From contig CAWIIP010000002.1 of assembly GCA_963836235.1 (NCBI GenBank), forward strand, positions 1,952,001 to 2,016,000: a DNA stretch of 64,000 bases, given 5' to 3'. Numbering within the stretch: position 1 is the first letter of the stretch; every line of letters begins with the position of its first letter. A model generated the notes under the pieces. It saw nothing but the letters and a program-made list of their open reading frames with translations. It made no database searches and was not told the DNA's origin. The DNA is from an uncultured Pseudomonadota bacterium. GTDB taxonomy: Bacteria > Oederibacteriota > Muellerivitia > Muellerivitales > Muellerivitaceae. A program made the translations under genes and the position numbers. Of the stretch, positions 25,328 to 35,700 are shown in pieces.

Positions 25328-27571
25328 CTACTTAGCCACAAGCAGTTTCCCGACCGTTCTTTCGGAGTCTTGGCTAATCACGATGTAATAAAAGCCATTC
25401 GCGAGGCTTTTCCCCCAATGGTCTTTCAACTCAAACGATGTCGTTTGATTCCCCGGCGGAAGGTTACCTAAATCCGCTTCCTGGATTTTTCGGAACGCCG
25501 CCGTGAAGATATGAAGCTTTACGTCACCCGAACCATTCAATTTAAATATTATTTGGATCAGTTCTGTTCCGTTTACCGGATTTGGATAGACGAGGATTTT
25601 TTCGGGCACTAGGACAGGTGTCGCGGTGAAAGTCATGATTCCCGTAGGTGTCGGGGTTAAGGTTGCCGCCGGGGTAAGAGTCAAAGTGGGGGTGAAAGAA
25701 GCTGTGCCGGTAGCCGTTTCTGTTGGGGTGGAAGACTCGGTGGCCGAAGAAGTTACCGTAAAACTGGGGGAAGGTGAGGGGCTGGAGGTGGATGTGCCGG
25801 TTGCCGTGGGACTGGCCGTGAAAGACAAGGTCAAAGTCGGGGTGATGGTTGGAGTCGGCGTGATCGGGCTTGTATTAGTAGGCGTCGAGGTCACCGTTGA
25901 ACTGGCCGTCGGAGAAGCGGTTCCGGTCGCCGTCGAGGAAGCGGTACTTGTGGGGCTCGGGGTTACCGTCGAGGAAGGGGTTGGGGTTCCACTGGAGGTG
26001 GCGGTTGAAGTCGGGCTGAAGGTGGAAGTTACCGTTGCCGTAAGAGTCGCTGTAGAGGTCGGGCTGGAAGTAGCCGTGTTTGTCGAAGTGGAAGAGATGG
26101 TACTCGTAGCGGTTAGGGTTGCCGTGGAGGAGGGCGTCGGAGTTCCGCTGGAGGTGAAGGTCGAGGTTTGAGTGAAAGTGGGTGTTACCGATGCCGTGAG
26201 AGTCGGTGTAGAAGTTACGGTGGAAGTAGCCGTGTTGGTGGAGGTCGAAGAAACGGTGCTGGTGGCGGTTTTGGTTTCTGTCGAGGAAGGTGTAGGGGTT
26301 CCGCTGGAAGTAGAAGTTGAAGTTAAGGTGGAAGTGGGAGTACCTGAGGCCGTGTCAGTGGATGTAGAAGTAACCGTGGAAGTTGGGGTGGCCGTCGCCG
26401 TTTTGGTGGAGGTGCCGCTGGGAGTACTGGTTGCGGTCAGAGTGGCGGTGGAAGTAGAAGTTCCGGTCGTCGTCAGAGTGGGCGTTCCGGTGGGCGTGGG
26501 TGTGATCACGTTGGTGTCAGTGGAAGTCGCCGTCGATGTGGGTGTTGACGTTATCGTCGCGGTGGGAGTTTTAGTGGCCGTGGTTGTCGGCGAATTCGTT
26601 GGAGTAGCCGTTGTCGTTGAGGTGGATGTTGAAGTTGGGCTGGGTGTCGTTGAGTTGGCTCTCGTGGCCGTCGGACTTGCCGTTGGGGACGAGGTGGGAG
26701 TCGCTGTCCAGGTTGATGAGGGCGTCGAGGAAACCGTCGAAGTCGGGGTGAAAGTGGCGGAAGAAGTCGCCGTGCCGGTTAAGGTGGGGGAAAAACTCGC
26801 TGTCTTGCTCGGGGTTAAAGACGCTGTTGAAGTCGCGGTGCCGGTGGGGCTCGCGGTAGAGGTGTTGACAGGTGTCGAACTGGCGGTCAGGGTGGGAGAA
26901 AGGGTGGCGGTGGATGTCGGGGTGGCTGTGGCCGAGAAAGTCGAAGTGGAAGTTGGAGAATTGCTGGAAGTGGAAGTCGGGGTCAAGGTCAAGGTGCGTG
27001 TCGGGGTCATGGTAAGGGTTGAAGTAGAAGTGCCGGTTGGCGTTGAAGATAAAGTCACCGTCGGGCTATTCGTTGGGGTTGAAGTGGGTGTTAGGGTCCG
27101 GGTATTGGTCACGGTGAAAGTCATCGTCGAGGTGGCCGTATTCGTGGGTGTGGAAGTGATGGCCGCCGCGTTGACGATGAGAGTGCAAGCCATTCCCCCG
27201 CATCCCGTGGCGGTACAAGTCGTATTATTGGGAGCGCATCCCGTGGCGTGATTGCCGCAGTGGAAGAAATAAGTCCCGGGAGTGTTAAAAGTAAGAGTCA
27301 ATCCGCTGGCGGGACTTAAGCCGTTCTCCATGCAGGTCGTACCGCTATAAAGATAAAGCGGATGGATATTGGTATTGGTGGTGTCCCAGGTGAGAGAGTC
27401 CCCAGCATTGATGGTGACTGCGGCAATAGCAGTCGTCGAACCCGTTGTGGTATATCGGTATTGGGTGCCCGTCGGATTAATGACCCCAATGGAAACTGTC
27501 GCGGCTCGCAAAGCCGAAAAGGGGGCCAAAAGGAGCAAAAAGCAAAAAACAAGTTTCCGTGTCAGCGGCAT
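25328..27571 (-). CDS. Secreted cupredoxin-like domain + ~500-aa Thr/Ser/Pro stalk + YPNP-type (T9SS-A/FlgD-Ig-like) C-terminal domain
   Basis: AGDSLTW, HPLY, PGTYFFHCGNH...GGM; T-x repeats; VYPNP...ANGFYY...GKLLVAK. Confidence 0.8.
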   Translation of the reverse strand: MPLTRKLVFCFLLLLAPFSALRAATVSIGVINPTGTQYRYTTTGSTTAIAAVTINAGDSLTWDTTNTNIHPLYLYSGTTCMENGLSPASGLTLTFNTPGTYFFHCGNHATGCAPNNTTCTATGCGGMACTLIVNAAAITSTPTNTATSTMTFTVTNTRTLTPTSTPTNSPTVTLSSTPTGTSTSTLTMTPTRTLTLTPTSTSSNSPTSTSTFSATATPTSTATLSPTLTASSTPVNTSTASPTGTATSTASLTPSKTASFSPTLTGTATSSATFTPTSTVSSTPSSTWTATPTSSPTASPTATRANSTTPSPTSTSTSTTTATPTNSPTTTATKTPTATITSTPTSTATSTDTNVITPTPTGTPTLTTTGTSTSTATLTATSTPSGTSTKTATATPTSTVTSTSTDTASGTPTSTLTSTSTSSGTPTPSSTETKTATSTVSSTSTNTATSTVTSTPTLTASVTPTFTQTSTFTSSGTPTPSSTATLTATSTISSTSTNTATSSPTSTATLTATVTSTFSPTSTATSSGTPTPSSTVTPSPTSTASSTATGTASPTASSTVTSTPTNTSPITPTPTITPTLTLSFTASPTATGTSTSSPSPSPSFTVTSSATESSTPTETATGTASFTPTLTLTPAATLTPTPTGIMTFTATPVLVPEKILVYPNPVNGTELIQIIFKLNGSGDVKLHIFTAAFRKIQEADLGNLPPGNQTTSFELKDHWGKSLANGFYYIVISQDSERTVGKLLVAK
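25620..27160 (-). repeat. Low-complexity Thr-X coding repeat (TSSGTPTPSST unit recurs three times)
   Basis: Visible in translation; generates long Val-rich shadow ORFs on the + strand. Confidence 0.9.
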
Positions 27572-27630
27572 TCAACTACTCCGTAATGATAGTTGTTTCT
27601 TTGAGATGATTAATAACGCCGTAACATCAT

Positions 27631-27656
27631 TAGTTTCCCGGAGCTTAAAATGTTAC
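27631..27656 (-). promoter_or_regulatory. ECF-sigma promoter GTAAC-N17-ACTA for the cupredoxin/barrel operon
   Basis: Minus strand GTAAC-attttaagctccgggaa-ACTAATGATG. Confidence 0.7.
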
Positions 27657-27850
27657 GAGGGGCGTGCTTTCCACAGAAAAGAGGCTTTTTTTCCAAGAAT
27701 AACTAGCAATGTGAAGGCACACTCAGGGCTTTTGGAGCGATATGGGGGAAACGGGAAGCTTGAAGCGGCAACTTTGAGGGGCAGATATTTTTCTTGGAAA
27801 CATGAAAAAATCCTTTTTGTTCCTATTACTCTGTGTTTTTCCTTATTAAA

Positions 27851-27876
27851 GTAACTTTGCTGGCGGATGCCCACTA
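27851..27876 (+). promoter_or_regulatory. ECF-sigma autoregulatory promoter GTAAC-N17-ACTA
   Basis: GTAAC-tttgctggcggatgccc-ACTATTGATG, same spacing as the divergent copy. Confidence 0.7.
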
Positions 27877-27900
27877 TTGATGGTTAAGGAGCTGTAGCCT

Positions 27901-28461
27901 TTGGATTTCAACGACGGCCAATGGCAAACCTGGACCCAGTTAATGAAGCAAACCCAAGGGGGCGATCAAGCGGCTTACGAACGCCTACTGGTGGAAATAA
28001 GCCCCCTGGTCTTTCATTACGTGAGAAAAAGAGTTTTCAACCAACAATACGTGGAGGATGTGTACCAGGAAGTGCTTTTGACCTTTCACAAGGCCAAGCA
28101 CACCTACCGGACGGACTTGCCCTTCGGTCCTTGGTTTTTCGCGGTGATCCGAAACGCGATTTGGAGCGCCTTGCAAAAGAACCGAAAGATCGCGGAACGT
28201 GAAGTTCCAATGGAAGATTTACCCGAGTTTGCCGCCCTGGAAGCGGTGGAAGATAAAATCGACGACCGTCTTCGGCGGGCATTGGAATCCCTCCCGGAGA
28301 TTTACCGGGGGGCGGTGGAGAGGTTGAAGTTCAAGGGAATGACGGTGGAAATGGCGGCTAAGGACCTAGGTATTTCCAAGATCGCCCTCCGGGTGAGGGC
28401 GCACCGGGGATACAGCCTTTTAAGGAAGTTTTTGACGGCGCAACAGGGAAAAAACAAATGA
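27901..28461 (+). CDS. ECF sigma-70 factor (SigF/ECF16-like)
   Basis: AAGGAG RBS with TTG start; GDQAAYERLL, EDVYQEVLL, LRVRAHRG. Confidence 0.92.
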   Translation: MDFNDGQWQTWTQLMKQTQGGDQAAYERLLVEISPLVFHYVRKRVFNQQYVEDVYQEVLLTFHKAKHTYRTDLPFGPWFFAVIRNAIWSALQKNRKIAEREVPMEDLPEFAALEAVEDKIDDRLRRALESLPEIYRGAVERLKFKGMTVEMAAKDLGISKIALRVRAHRGYSLLRKFLTAQQGKNK

Positions 28462-29153
28462 GCAAACCGATTCAATCTAAATCCAACTTAAATGACATGC
28501 CCGAATTCCAACGGCGCTTGGTGGAAAAGCTTGCCTCCGAGGTTAGGCCCCTCAAACCGACTCCGGGCGTTCTACAACAATGGTTTGTTTGGCTGGGCTT
28601 TTCCCTGTTAGTGGTGGGGGTGTCCCTCTCCTTGATTGGGCCGCAGTTCGAGATTATGGAAAAGCTTACCGATTTTTCGTCAGGCGGGTTCCTGTTTTTG
28701 GCTTTTTCAATATCGGCGTTCTGCGCTTGGATGGGCATAGCCTCCAGTAAGCCGGATTACCGGCCCAACCCGGCGCCCTGGATTTTCGCCGGCGTCCTGA
28801 TCCTTTTTCTCTTTTGTATGCCTTTCCTGTTTTTTGACCGGGACAGTCTTTCGCAAGTATGGACCCTCAATATGGCCGACGGATGGTTTTGCGTGAGGAC
28901 CGTGATATTGGTGGCCTTTCCTTCCTGGGTAATGCTGGGATGGATGGCTTCCCGGAACGCTTCCTTTCACCCCGGGTGGACCGGGGCTTGGCTGGGGGCC
29001 TCAGCTTTTCTCTTGGGGACGGGGACTATCCAACTTCATTGCGCCCACTGGGAAACCTGCCACATGCTGGTGGACCATCTGCTTCCCCTATTAGTGCTGA
29101 TCTTTCTTCCTATATGGATAGGAAGCTACTGGTTCTCTCGTTGGATGAAATAA
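28458..29153 (+). CDS. NrsF/DUF1109 membrane anti-sigma factor
   Basis: About 6 TM; conserved Cys in GWFC and LHC...H; 4-nt overlap with the sigma gene. Confidence 0.82.
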   Translation: MSKPIQSKSNLNDMPEFQRRLVEKLASEVRPLKPTPGVLQQWFVWLGFSLLVVGVSLSLIGPQFEIMEKLTDFSSGGFLFLAFSISAFCAWMGIASSKPDYRPNPAPWIFAGVLILFLFCMPFLFFDRDSLSQVWTLNMADGWFCVRTVILVAFPSWVMLGWMASRNASFHPGWTGAWLGASAFLLGTGTIQLHCAHWETCHMLVDHLLPLLVLIFLPIWIGSYWFSRWMK

Positions 29154-29188
29154 GACTCTAACCCCCCCAAAAAAAAGTTTAAGCTTTT

Positions 29189-30175
29189 TTATTTCCCGTA
29201 AACATCTTCCTTCTTTTGAACCTTATCCTCGATCACGGTCGCATCCAGGTTCTTCGCGTCCACGCCGACGGGCGTTAGAAGTACGGCACGCACTTTCTTT
29301 TCGCCATTATCCACCTCCACGAACTGGCAGTCGAACTGGGTAGCCTTGCGGGCCAGTTTGGCGGCCAAATAGGCGGTTTCCTCGGCCAACTTTTGGGGAG
29401 GATGATAGACCGTCATGGTCTGGGTGCCGGAGGCGATTCTTCGGCAGGCCGATAGGTCGTCCCCTAGGCCCCCCACCGAGACTTTTCCGGAAAGCTTTGC
29501 TTTTTCTAGGGCCCCGATAGCCCCTTCAGCCATTTGGCTATCCGAGGCCAATATTGCGTCCACTTTGTTTCCTTCTAGAGCCAGGATGGATTCCATTTTC
29601 TTCGCCGCCTCGGAAGGGCGGGTCCATTGGGCGGAGGCGATGCGGATATCCCCCCGGTCAATGAGGGGTTGTAGCGTTTTCATCTGACCTTCCCGAAGGT
29701 CCTTACCTTCCGCGGAGTCTTCCCCTAAGAGAACGTAGCGTCCTTGGGGAACCTTCTTTACCAATGCCTTCGCCTGCAACTCGCCCGCTTTCACGCTGTT
29801 AAAGCCAATGAGATAATCCAGGTCGCTGCCGGGAATGGGACGTTCCAGGGAGATTATCTTGATTCCAGCTTGATGCGCCGCGCTTACCAAGGGTGCGGCC
29901 TTCGCGGGATCGGAGGGAAACACCAAAAGGGTTTGGACACCCTGTCGGATTAATTCTTGAACCTGGGTTTCCTGGGCCGCCGGGTCATCCTTCGCGTCTT
30001 TGATAAAAAGTTCTGCCCGATTGTCTTCCATGGCCTCCTGCAACTTGTGAATGAATGGTTCCCGGCCCTGGGTATGGTCCAGGGAAAGGCCGATTTTGAC
30101 ATTGGGCCCCCAGTGGCCCCAGCCGGTTAAAAGTAGGAAGGTGAAACACCAAATGACGGAAATCCTTAAACGCAT
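29189..30175 (-). CDS. Orphan sugar ABC substrate-binding protein (XylF-like)
   Basis: QETQVQELI.QGV, GELQA.ALV, RIASGTQTMTVY, LDATVIED. Confidence 0.85.
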   Translation of the reverse strand: MRLRISVIWCFTFLLLTGWGHWGPNVKIGLSLDHTQGREPFIHKLQEAMEDNRAELFIKDAKDDPAAQETQVQELIRQGVQTLLVFPSDPAKAAPLVSAAHQAGIKIISLERPIPGSDLDYLIGFNSVKAGELQAKALVKKVPQGRYVLLGEDSAEGKDLREGQMKTLQPLIDRGDIRIASAQWTRPSEAAKKMESILALEGNKVDAILASDSQMAEGAIGALEKAKLSGKVSVGGLGDDLSACRRIASGTQTMTVYHPPQKLAEETAYLAAKLARKATQFDCQFVEVDNGEKKVRAVLLTPVGVDAKNLDATVIEDKVQKKEDVYGK

Positions 30176-30375
30176 GGTTTCCTCGGTGAACGGGATGAAT
30201 CAACTCGACTGATTATAGATAGGAGAGGGAATGGGTTTCAGCCAAATAACAAGGTAATTGAGGTAAAACGCTGGACAGAAACCTTACTGGGTTGCGGAAC
30301 CCCACATTCGGCGTTACAGTTTGGCGGGATAGAAACTTCTAAAGGGTGCAGGCTTTGAAAGGAAACCGAAATCCG

Positions 30376-31146
30376 ATGAACCGGATGAAAGCCAGTTTCA
30401 GACACGCCTTTCTGCTGGGTATTATTCTTTGGGGCGCCCAAGCCCTTTTGCCCTCTTCCTCCTTCGCGCAAGAGGATGACCCGGGCCTCATCCGGGCTCT
30501 CGAAACCGATTCGCCTCAGGTGGAAAATACCTACTATCTCGAAGCGACTTACAACAACGACAGTTCGTCCCATCATTTGTTTTATTCGTATGGTGAGGGG
30601 TTGTTCGCCTTGGTGAAGGATTTGGGCTTGGAGGTTGATTTTCCGAACCTGCTCACCGTGGAGCCCCTCGGCCAGGGTTCGGCGGGTTTGGGGCCCATCG
30701 GGGTCTACTTACGTTACGAGTTTTACCATTTCGGGGGATGGAGCAGTGAAACGGCGGGCGCCTTTTCCATTGAGGGCGGGGGAGCCTATGGTTTTTCCAA
30801 CACCGCTTTCCCTTGGATCGGAAGCAGTTGGTCCCTTGAGGCCCTGGGCGGCTACCGGGTGGGAAAGTTCTTCCTGCAAGGGAACTACTGTTACCAGGGC
30901 GGGTTTGATTCCAATGTTCCGAGCGAATGGATGGCCAACACGGCGCTGGGGTACCGCTTGGGCTCGGATTGGTATATCCAGGGAGAAGCGGATTTTACGG
31001 CCATCACGACGCCTTTCAGCAACGCTAGCTGGTCCTTTATCCCTCAAATCGCCTTCCAGCCGGGGGAATGGCTGTTTGAATTAGGCGAATCCCTCAACGA
31101 ATCACCTTCGGGTATCACAGAATTGATGGTCGCCCGGACTTTTTAA
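30376..31146 (+). CDS. Putative outer-membrane beta-barrel protein
   Basis: Signal peptide; aromatic-rich beta strands; C-terminal Phe. Confidence 0.6.
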   Translation: MNRMKASFRHAFLLGIILWGAQALLPSSSFAQEDDPGLIRALETDSPQVENTYYLEATYNNDSSSHHLFYSYGEGLFALVKDLGLEVDFPNLLTVEPLGQGSAGLGPIGVYLRYEFYHFGGWSSETAGAFSIEGGGAYGFSNTAFPWIGSSWSLEALGGYRVGKFFLQGNYCYQGGFDSNVPSEWMANTALGYRLGSDWYIQGEADFTAITTPFSNASWSFIPQIAFQPGEWLFELGESLNESPSGITELMVARTF

Positions 31147-31212
31147 AACTGTTTTGAGGGTTGATCGATGTTAGTTCGAGTCCAACGCGGGGAAGCTCCT
31201 AACAGGGGATTC

Positions 31213-31563
31213 ATGAATAAAAAAAATAGAAAATTGGCTAACCTTATTCTCTATCCGCTTTATTTTCCCATGGTAATTCTATGGATCATAATTGCTTTGA
31301 TTATCGATCTCTTTATGACAAGGAGATGGCCAGGACCTGGTTTCAAGTACATTTATGTGAATGAAGATGGGACAGCACGCGAACTTACCAATGAAGAGCG
31401 CCAAATACTAACCCAAAAATATGAATCTGGAGATGGAGCACGTCCAAATATTAAATTTGGCTATAACGAGAGGAAATTAAACGGGAAGCTGAGTGGTTTC
31501 CTTAAACGACGTCACTTACCCTGGAATATTGTGATTGGCCCAGTTGAAAAGGCTAATCAATAA
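31213..31563 (+). CDS. Hypothetical single-TM protein, AT-rich
   Basis: AGGGGG RBS before MNKKN; one TM segment. Confidence 0.55.
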   Translation: MNKKNRKLANLILYPLYFPMVILWIIIALIIDLFMTRRWPGPGFKYIYVNEDGTARELTNEERQILTQKYESGDGARPNIKFGYNERKLNGKLSGFLKRRHLPWNIVIGPVEKANQ

Positions 31564-31637
31564 AGCGCTTTACACCCTAACTATTTCAAATTTGATAGTT
31601 CGCAAATTGTACGGGATGGAGACCCAAAGCGGATTCG

Positions 31638-31817
31638 TTAGTTCGACTTTAGGGGAACATCCTCATAGGCATTATGCGAAACCGGTTTTGACTGCAAAGT
31701 TTCCGGATGCAAGTATAACTGGTAGGCCGCATAGCCGATGAGGGCGATAAAGCCGGCCCAAAGCATCATCTCCACAAATCCTATTCCTTTTTGGTTGTTG
31801 ATGCCGTTCCATTTCAT
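31638..31817 (-). CDS. 59-aa prepilin-like protein MKWNGINNQKG|IGFVEMMLWAGFIALIGYAAYQLYLHPETLQSKPVSHNAYEDVPLKSN
   Basis: AGGA RBS; class III signal (basic leader, G-1, E+5, hydrophobic helix); absent from the ORF track. Confidence 0.65.
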   Translation of the reverse strand: MKWNGINNQKGIGFVEMMLWAGFIALIGYAAYQLYLHPETLQSKPVSHNAYEDVPLKSN

Positions 31818-31930
31818 ACTTCTATCCTATCAAATCACCTCGCCGCCTTTCCCGGTTTAATTTCACCCACTTTCAGGTTGGGTACGGGATAATAAAGTCC
31901 ATAAAACTTTCATTTCGCATCGGGAGATCC

Positions 31931-32758
31931 ATGTCCTACCGGAAATATCCTCGGTTTACCCTTCTTCTGGCCCTGCTGGCGCTTGCCGGCGTTCTTGGAA
32001 TTGTCATTTCTCATCATGTCCTGGAGAAAAAGGAATCCCTTTCCGGCATGGTTTATACCTGCCCTATGCATTGCCTGGACGGGAAGACCTATCCTGGGCC
32101 GGGGCGCTGCCCGGTTTGCCATATGGAATTGGTTCCTGTCTCCAACCCGCAAATGCAGGGGCAAACCCCGGGTCAGGAAGGGCGGTACGAGGTCCAGATA
32201 CAGGGAAAACCCGCGATGGGTTTCTCGGCTTATCAGGTTCAGCGCCGATCCATTGAAAGCATCCTTTTGACGGCAGGGCGTCTTTCCCCCGACGGATTGT
32301 GGCTGAAGGCCGAGGTCGATCCGATGGCCGCTTCCGGTTTCAAAAAGGGGGGGCTTGCGATTGTGACACTCGACGCGGATTCTTCAAGCGCCTTTGTGGC
32401 CAAGATCACGAGTCTTTCAAGCCAGGGCCAGATCGTTCTCCGATTGTCCCGCCCCGCCCCTGGAAATCGTTACGCCCAAGCTCAGATCATCCGGGAACAA
32501 CCTTCGTGCCTCGCCATTCCCTTGAACGCCATCTGGTACCAGGATGGGAAAGATTTCGTTTTTCGAATGGAGAATGGAAGCCCCCAGATGCGGGAAATCC
32601 AATTGGGATTGAAGGGGGAACATTTCGTTGAAGTGGCCCAAGGACTCGCGGAAGGGGATACTATCGCGGAATCCGGGTTATTTTTTCTGAATGCCGAAAA
32701 AGTTTTAAGGGGTTCGGCGGATACTTCAAACGATTCGGCTAATAGCAAGTCGCTCTGA
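31931..32758 (+). CDS. Shortened CusB-like RND adaptor with heavy-metal-binding domain
   Basis: YTCPMH...PGRCPVCHMELVP; C-terminal LAIP..AI...VEVAQGLAEGD. Confidence 0.8.
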   Translation: MSYRKYPRFTLLLALLALAGVLGIVISHHVLEKKESLSGMVYTCPMHCLDGKTYPGPGRCPVCHMELVPVSNPQMQGQTPGQEGRYEVQIQGKPAMGFSAYQVQRRSIESILLTAGRLSPDGLWLKAEVDPMAASGFKKGGLAIVTLDADSSSAFVAKITSLSSQGQIVLRLSRPAPGNRYAQAQIIREQPSCLAIPLNAIWYQDGKDFVFRMENGSPQMREIQLGLKGEHFVEVAQGLAEGDTIAESGLFFLNAEKVLRGSADTSNDSANSKSL

Positions 32759-32793
32759 TTTTATAAGCGGGTATAAACACTGAAAGGCCATTC

Positions 32794-35700
32794 TTGTTTT
32801 CTCGAATCACTGAATTCTCTATTAAACATTCCAAATGGATATTGGTTTTCTTCGCCTTGGGAACTCTGGGGGGGTTAGTATCGCTAGCCCTTTGTCCCTT
32901 GGACGCCATCCCCGATTTGTCCGACCCTCAAGTGCTCCTTTACGCGCGAGTACCTGGAACACCCCGGGAAGTTTCCGAAGCGGTTACCCGACCGATGATG
33001 GACCGTTTGGCGGGACTACCGGAAGTCGAGACGGTGAGGGGTTTTTCAGATATCGACTATAGCTATATCACGGTGGTGTTGAAGGAAAAGGCGGATAACC
33101 CGGAGGCACGCCAAAAGATTGCCGACTTGGCCCATAGTTTCATCGCCAATCTTCCCGTGACTTGGCAGGTTTCCCAGGACAATTCGGGTGTGGGTTGGGT
33201 TTATGAATACAGCCTTTTCCACGGTAAAAGAGGCATGGATTTATATGGCCTGCGGTCTCTTCAGGAAAATGTGATTCGGCCAGCTCTCGCCCGTTTGGAC
33301 GGCGTGGCCGAAGTGGCGACAGTGGGGGGATACGCCAAGCAATTTCAAATCGTGGTCAATCCCTATCTGTTGCGGGCCTACGGGCTGACACCCGCGGACC
33401 TCAGCCTGGCTTTGGAAGGGCGAGAACCTGAACTAAAGGGCCGGACTATTGAATTAAACGAAAGGGAAGCCATCCTGGACTTTTCCGGTGTCCTTCCCCC
33501 GGCGCAACCGGGAAAAATTCAATTCTTGGAGCATGGGCCCATCAACAGCCTGGGAGACCTGGCGGCCTTGAGATTTCGTTTCAAGGGAAAGGAAATGGCC
33601 TTGAGCCAAGTGGCCACTTTCCGTTTGGAGCCCGATTTAAGCTGGGGCACCGCCGAACTGGATGGAAAAGGGGAAGTGGTGGGGGGGATTGTTATTGCCC
33701 GCAAGGGAGTCAACAGCCTGGTTTTGATCCGGCGTATCAAAGAAGAGATGGAACGGCTGAAGCCATCTTTTTCGGGAGTCGAGGTTCAAACGGTTTATGA
33801 CCGAAGCCAGCTTATCTATTCCACCCTGAAGACAGTTGGCTGGGAATTGTTCCAAGAGTTGTTCCTTTTATCTCTGGTGGTGACCCTTTTTCTGGGCCAT
33901 TACCGTTCGGCTGTGGTTTTGGGCCTGGCTTTTCCGGCGGCCCTATCCCTTTGCTTTGTTCCCTTTCACGCTTTGGGCCTTTCCCTGAATCTAATGACCT
34001 TGGGTGGTTTGGCCATCGCCATTGGCGATATGCTCGATGCGGGCATCATCCTGGTGGAAAACGCCAATCGAAGACTCTCTCAAGCGGGCCGGCCCGCTTT
34101 GCTAAAAGAGGGCGTCCGGCGAAGGGAACTGGCACTGTCCTGTTCGGCTTTGATGCGGCCGCTGGTTTTTACCTTGCTGATCGTCACGGTTTCCTTTCTG
34201 CCGGTCTTCGTTCTTTCCGGTCAGTTGGGCAGGCTATTCGCGCCCCTGGTCGCCGCCAAGACCCTGGGGATGTTGTCTGCCTTGGCCGTTACTTTGTTTC
34301 TCTTTCCAGCCTTGTGCGTCAAGTTATTGAAGGGAAAATTCCAGCGGGAGGAAGAAAACAAAATTTCCATGAAGCTGCAATCCCTTTACCGGCCTAGTCT
34401 GGAGTGGGTACTTCAGCGGCCCCGGCGGGTGCTGGCGTCGGCCTTCTTTTTAATCGTGCTAACCATTCCCCTTTTTTTGTCACTGCACCGGGAATTCCTG
34501 CCTTCATTTAATGAAGGGAGCTTGTTGTTCATGCCCCTTACTCTGCCAGGGGCCGATTCGGAGACGATCAAAAACTGGCTGGTGGCGACAGACCGGAGGC
34601 TGGCGGCTTTTCCCGAAGTGGAGCGGGTTTTTGGGAAAGCCGGCCGGGCTGAAAGCGCTACCGACCCCGCCCCGCTTTCGATGATCGAAAGCACTGTTCT
34701 ACTTAAACCCCGAAACCAATGGCCTTTTGGCATGACGGAAGAAAAGCTGACCCAGGAGATGGACGCGGCCCTTCAATTTTTCGGAGTTTCTAATGGATGG
34801 ACCCAACCGATCCGGGGGCGCATTGACATGCAGGCCACTGGTGTCCGGACCCCCCTGGGGATCAAGGTCACCGCCCCCACCCTGGAAAGGGCCGAGGCGG
34901 GGGCGATTGATTTGGAAAAGGTTATTCTTCAAATTCCGGGTGTCAAGTCGGCAACAGCCGAGAGGGTCGTGAAGGCGCCTTACCTAGAGGTGGCCGTGGA
35001 CGCAATGGCTGCGGCGAAAGCGGGGCTTCGCCCGGAAGAAATATTGGGGCAGGTAATTTCTTTCGCGGGTGCCGCCGGCTTAGGTAAAACATCAAATGGC
35101 TTCGACGGTATTCCAGTAGCCGTGGTTTACGCCCCGGAATTCAGCGACAGTTTGGACAAATTGAATCAGCTGCCGATTTTTACTTCACCGGGAAAAACGG
35201 TTCCTCTGGAAAAACTAGCCCGGGTGGAATGGGGGGAAGGGCCGGACATGATTCCCTTAGAAAATGGAAAACCCACCGTGATCGTCTATCTCGAATTGGA
35301 CTCCACCAATACTTTCGGATGGGTCCAACGGAACCGGGCGCGGCTTGAACAGGTTTTTCCGCCAGGATCGGATATGCACCTTGAAATTTCCGGCCAGTAT
35401 CAACAGGCGCAAAGAGCATGGGGCCGGTTGAAATGGTTGGCGCCTCTGTGTCTTTTTCTGATCGCGGTCCTCTTGCGCCTGGCACTGGCTTCCTGGCGAG
35501 AGACGGGAGTGATTCTGCTCTCGTTGCCTTTCGCTTTTCTCGGAGGCGTTTGGATGCAGGCCCTGCTGGGGATCCCCTTGTCAGTTTCCGTTTGGGTGGG
35601 CTATATCGCCCTTTTCGCGGTGGCAGTCCAGACGGGAGTGGTGATGGTGGTTTACCTGACGCAGGCTCTTGAGCGCGAAGGTCCCCAGGCTGGGCTGGAT

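Noticed and set aside
25626-27251. Long Val/Gly/Glu-rich ORFs on the + strand (similar shadows on the - strand at 36904-37230 and 38396-38656)
   Set aside because: Antisense shadows of Thr-rich linkers (ACN codons read as NGT/GTN); no RBS or domain
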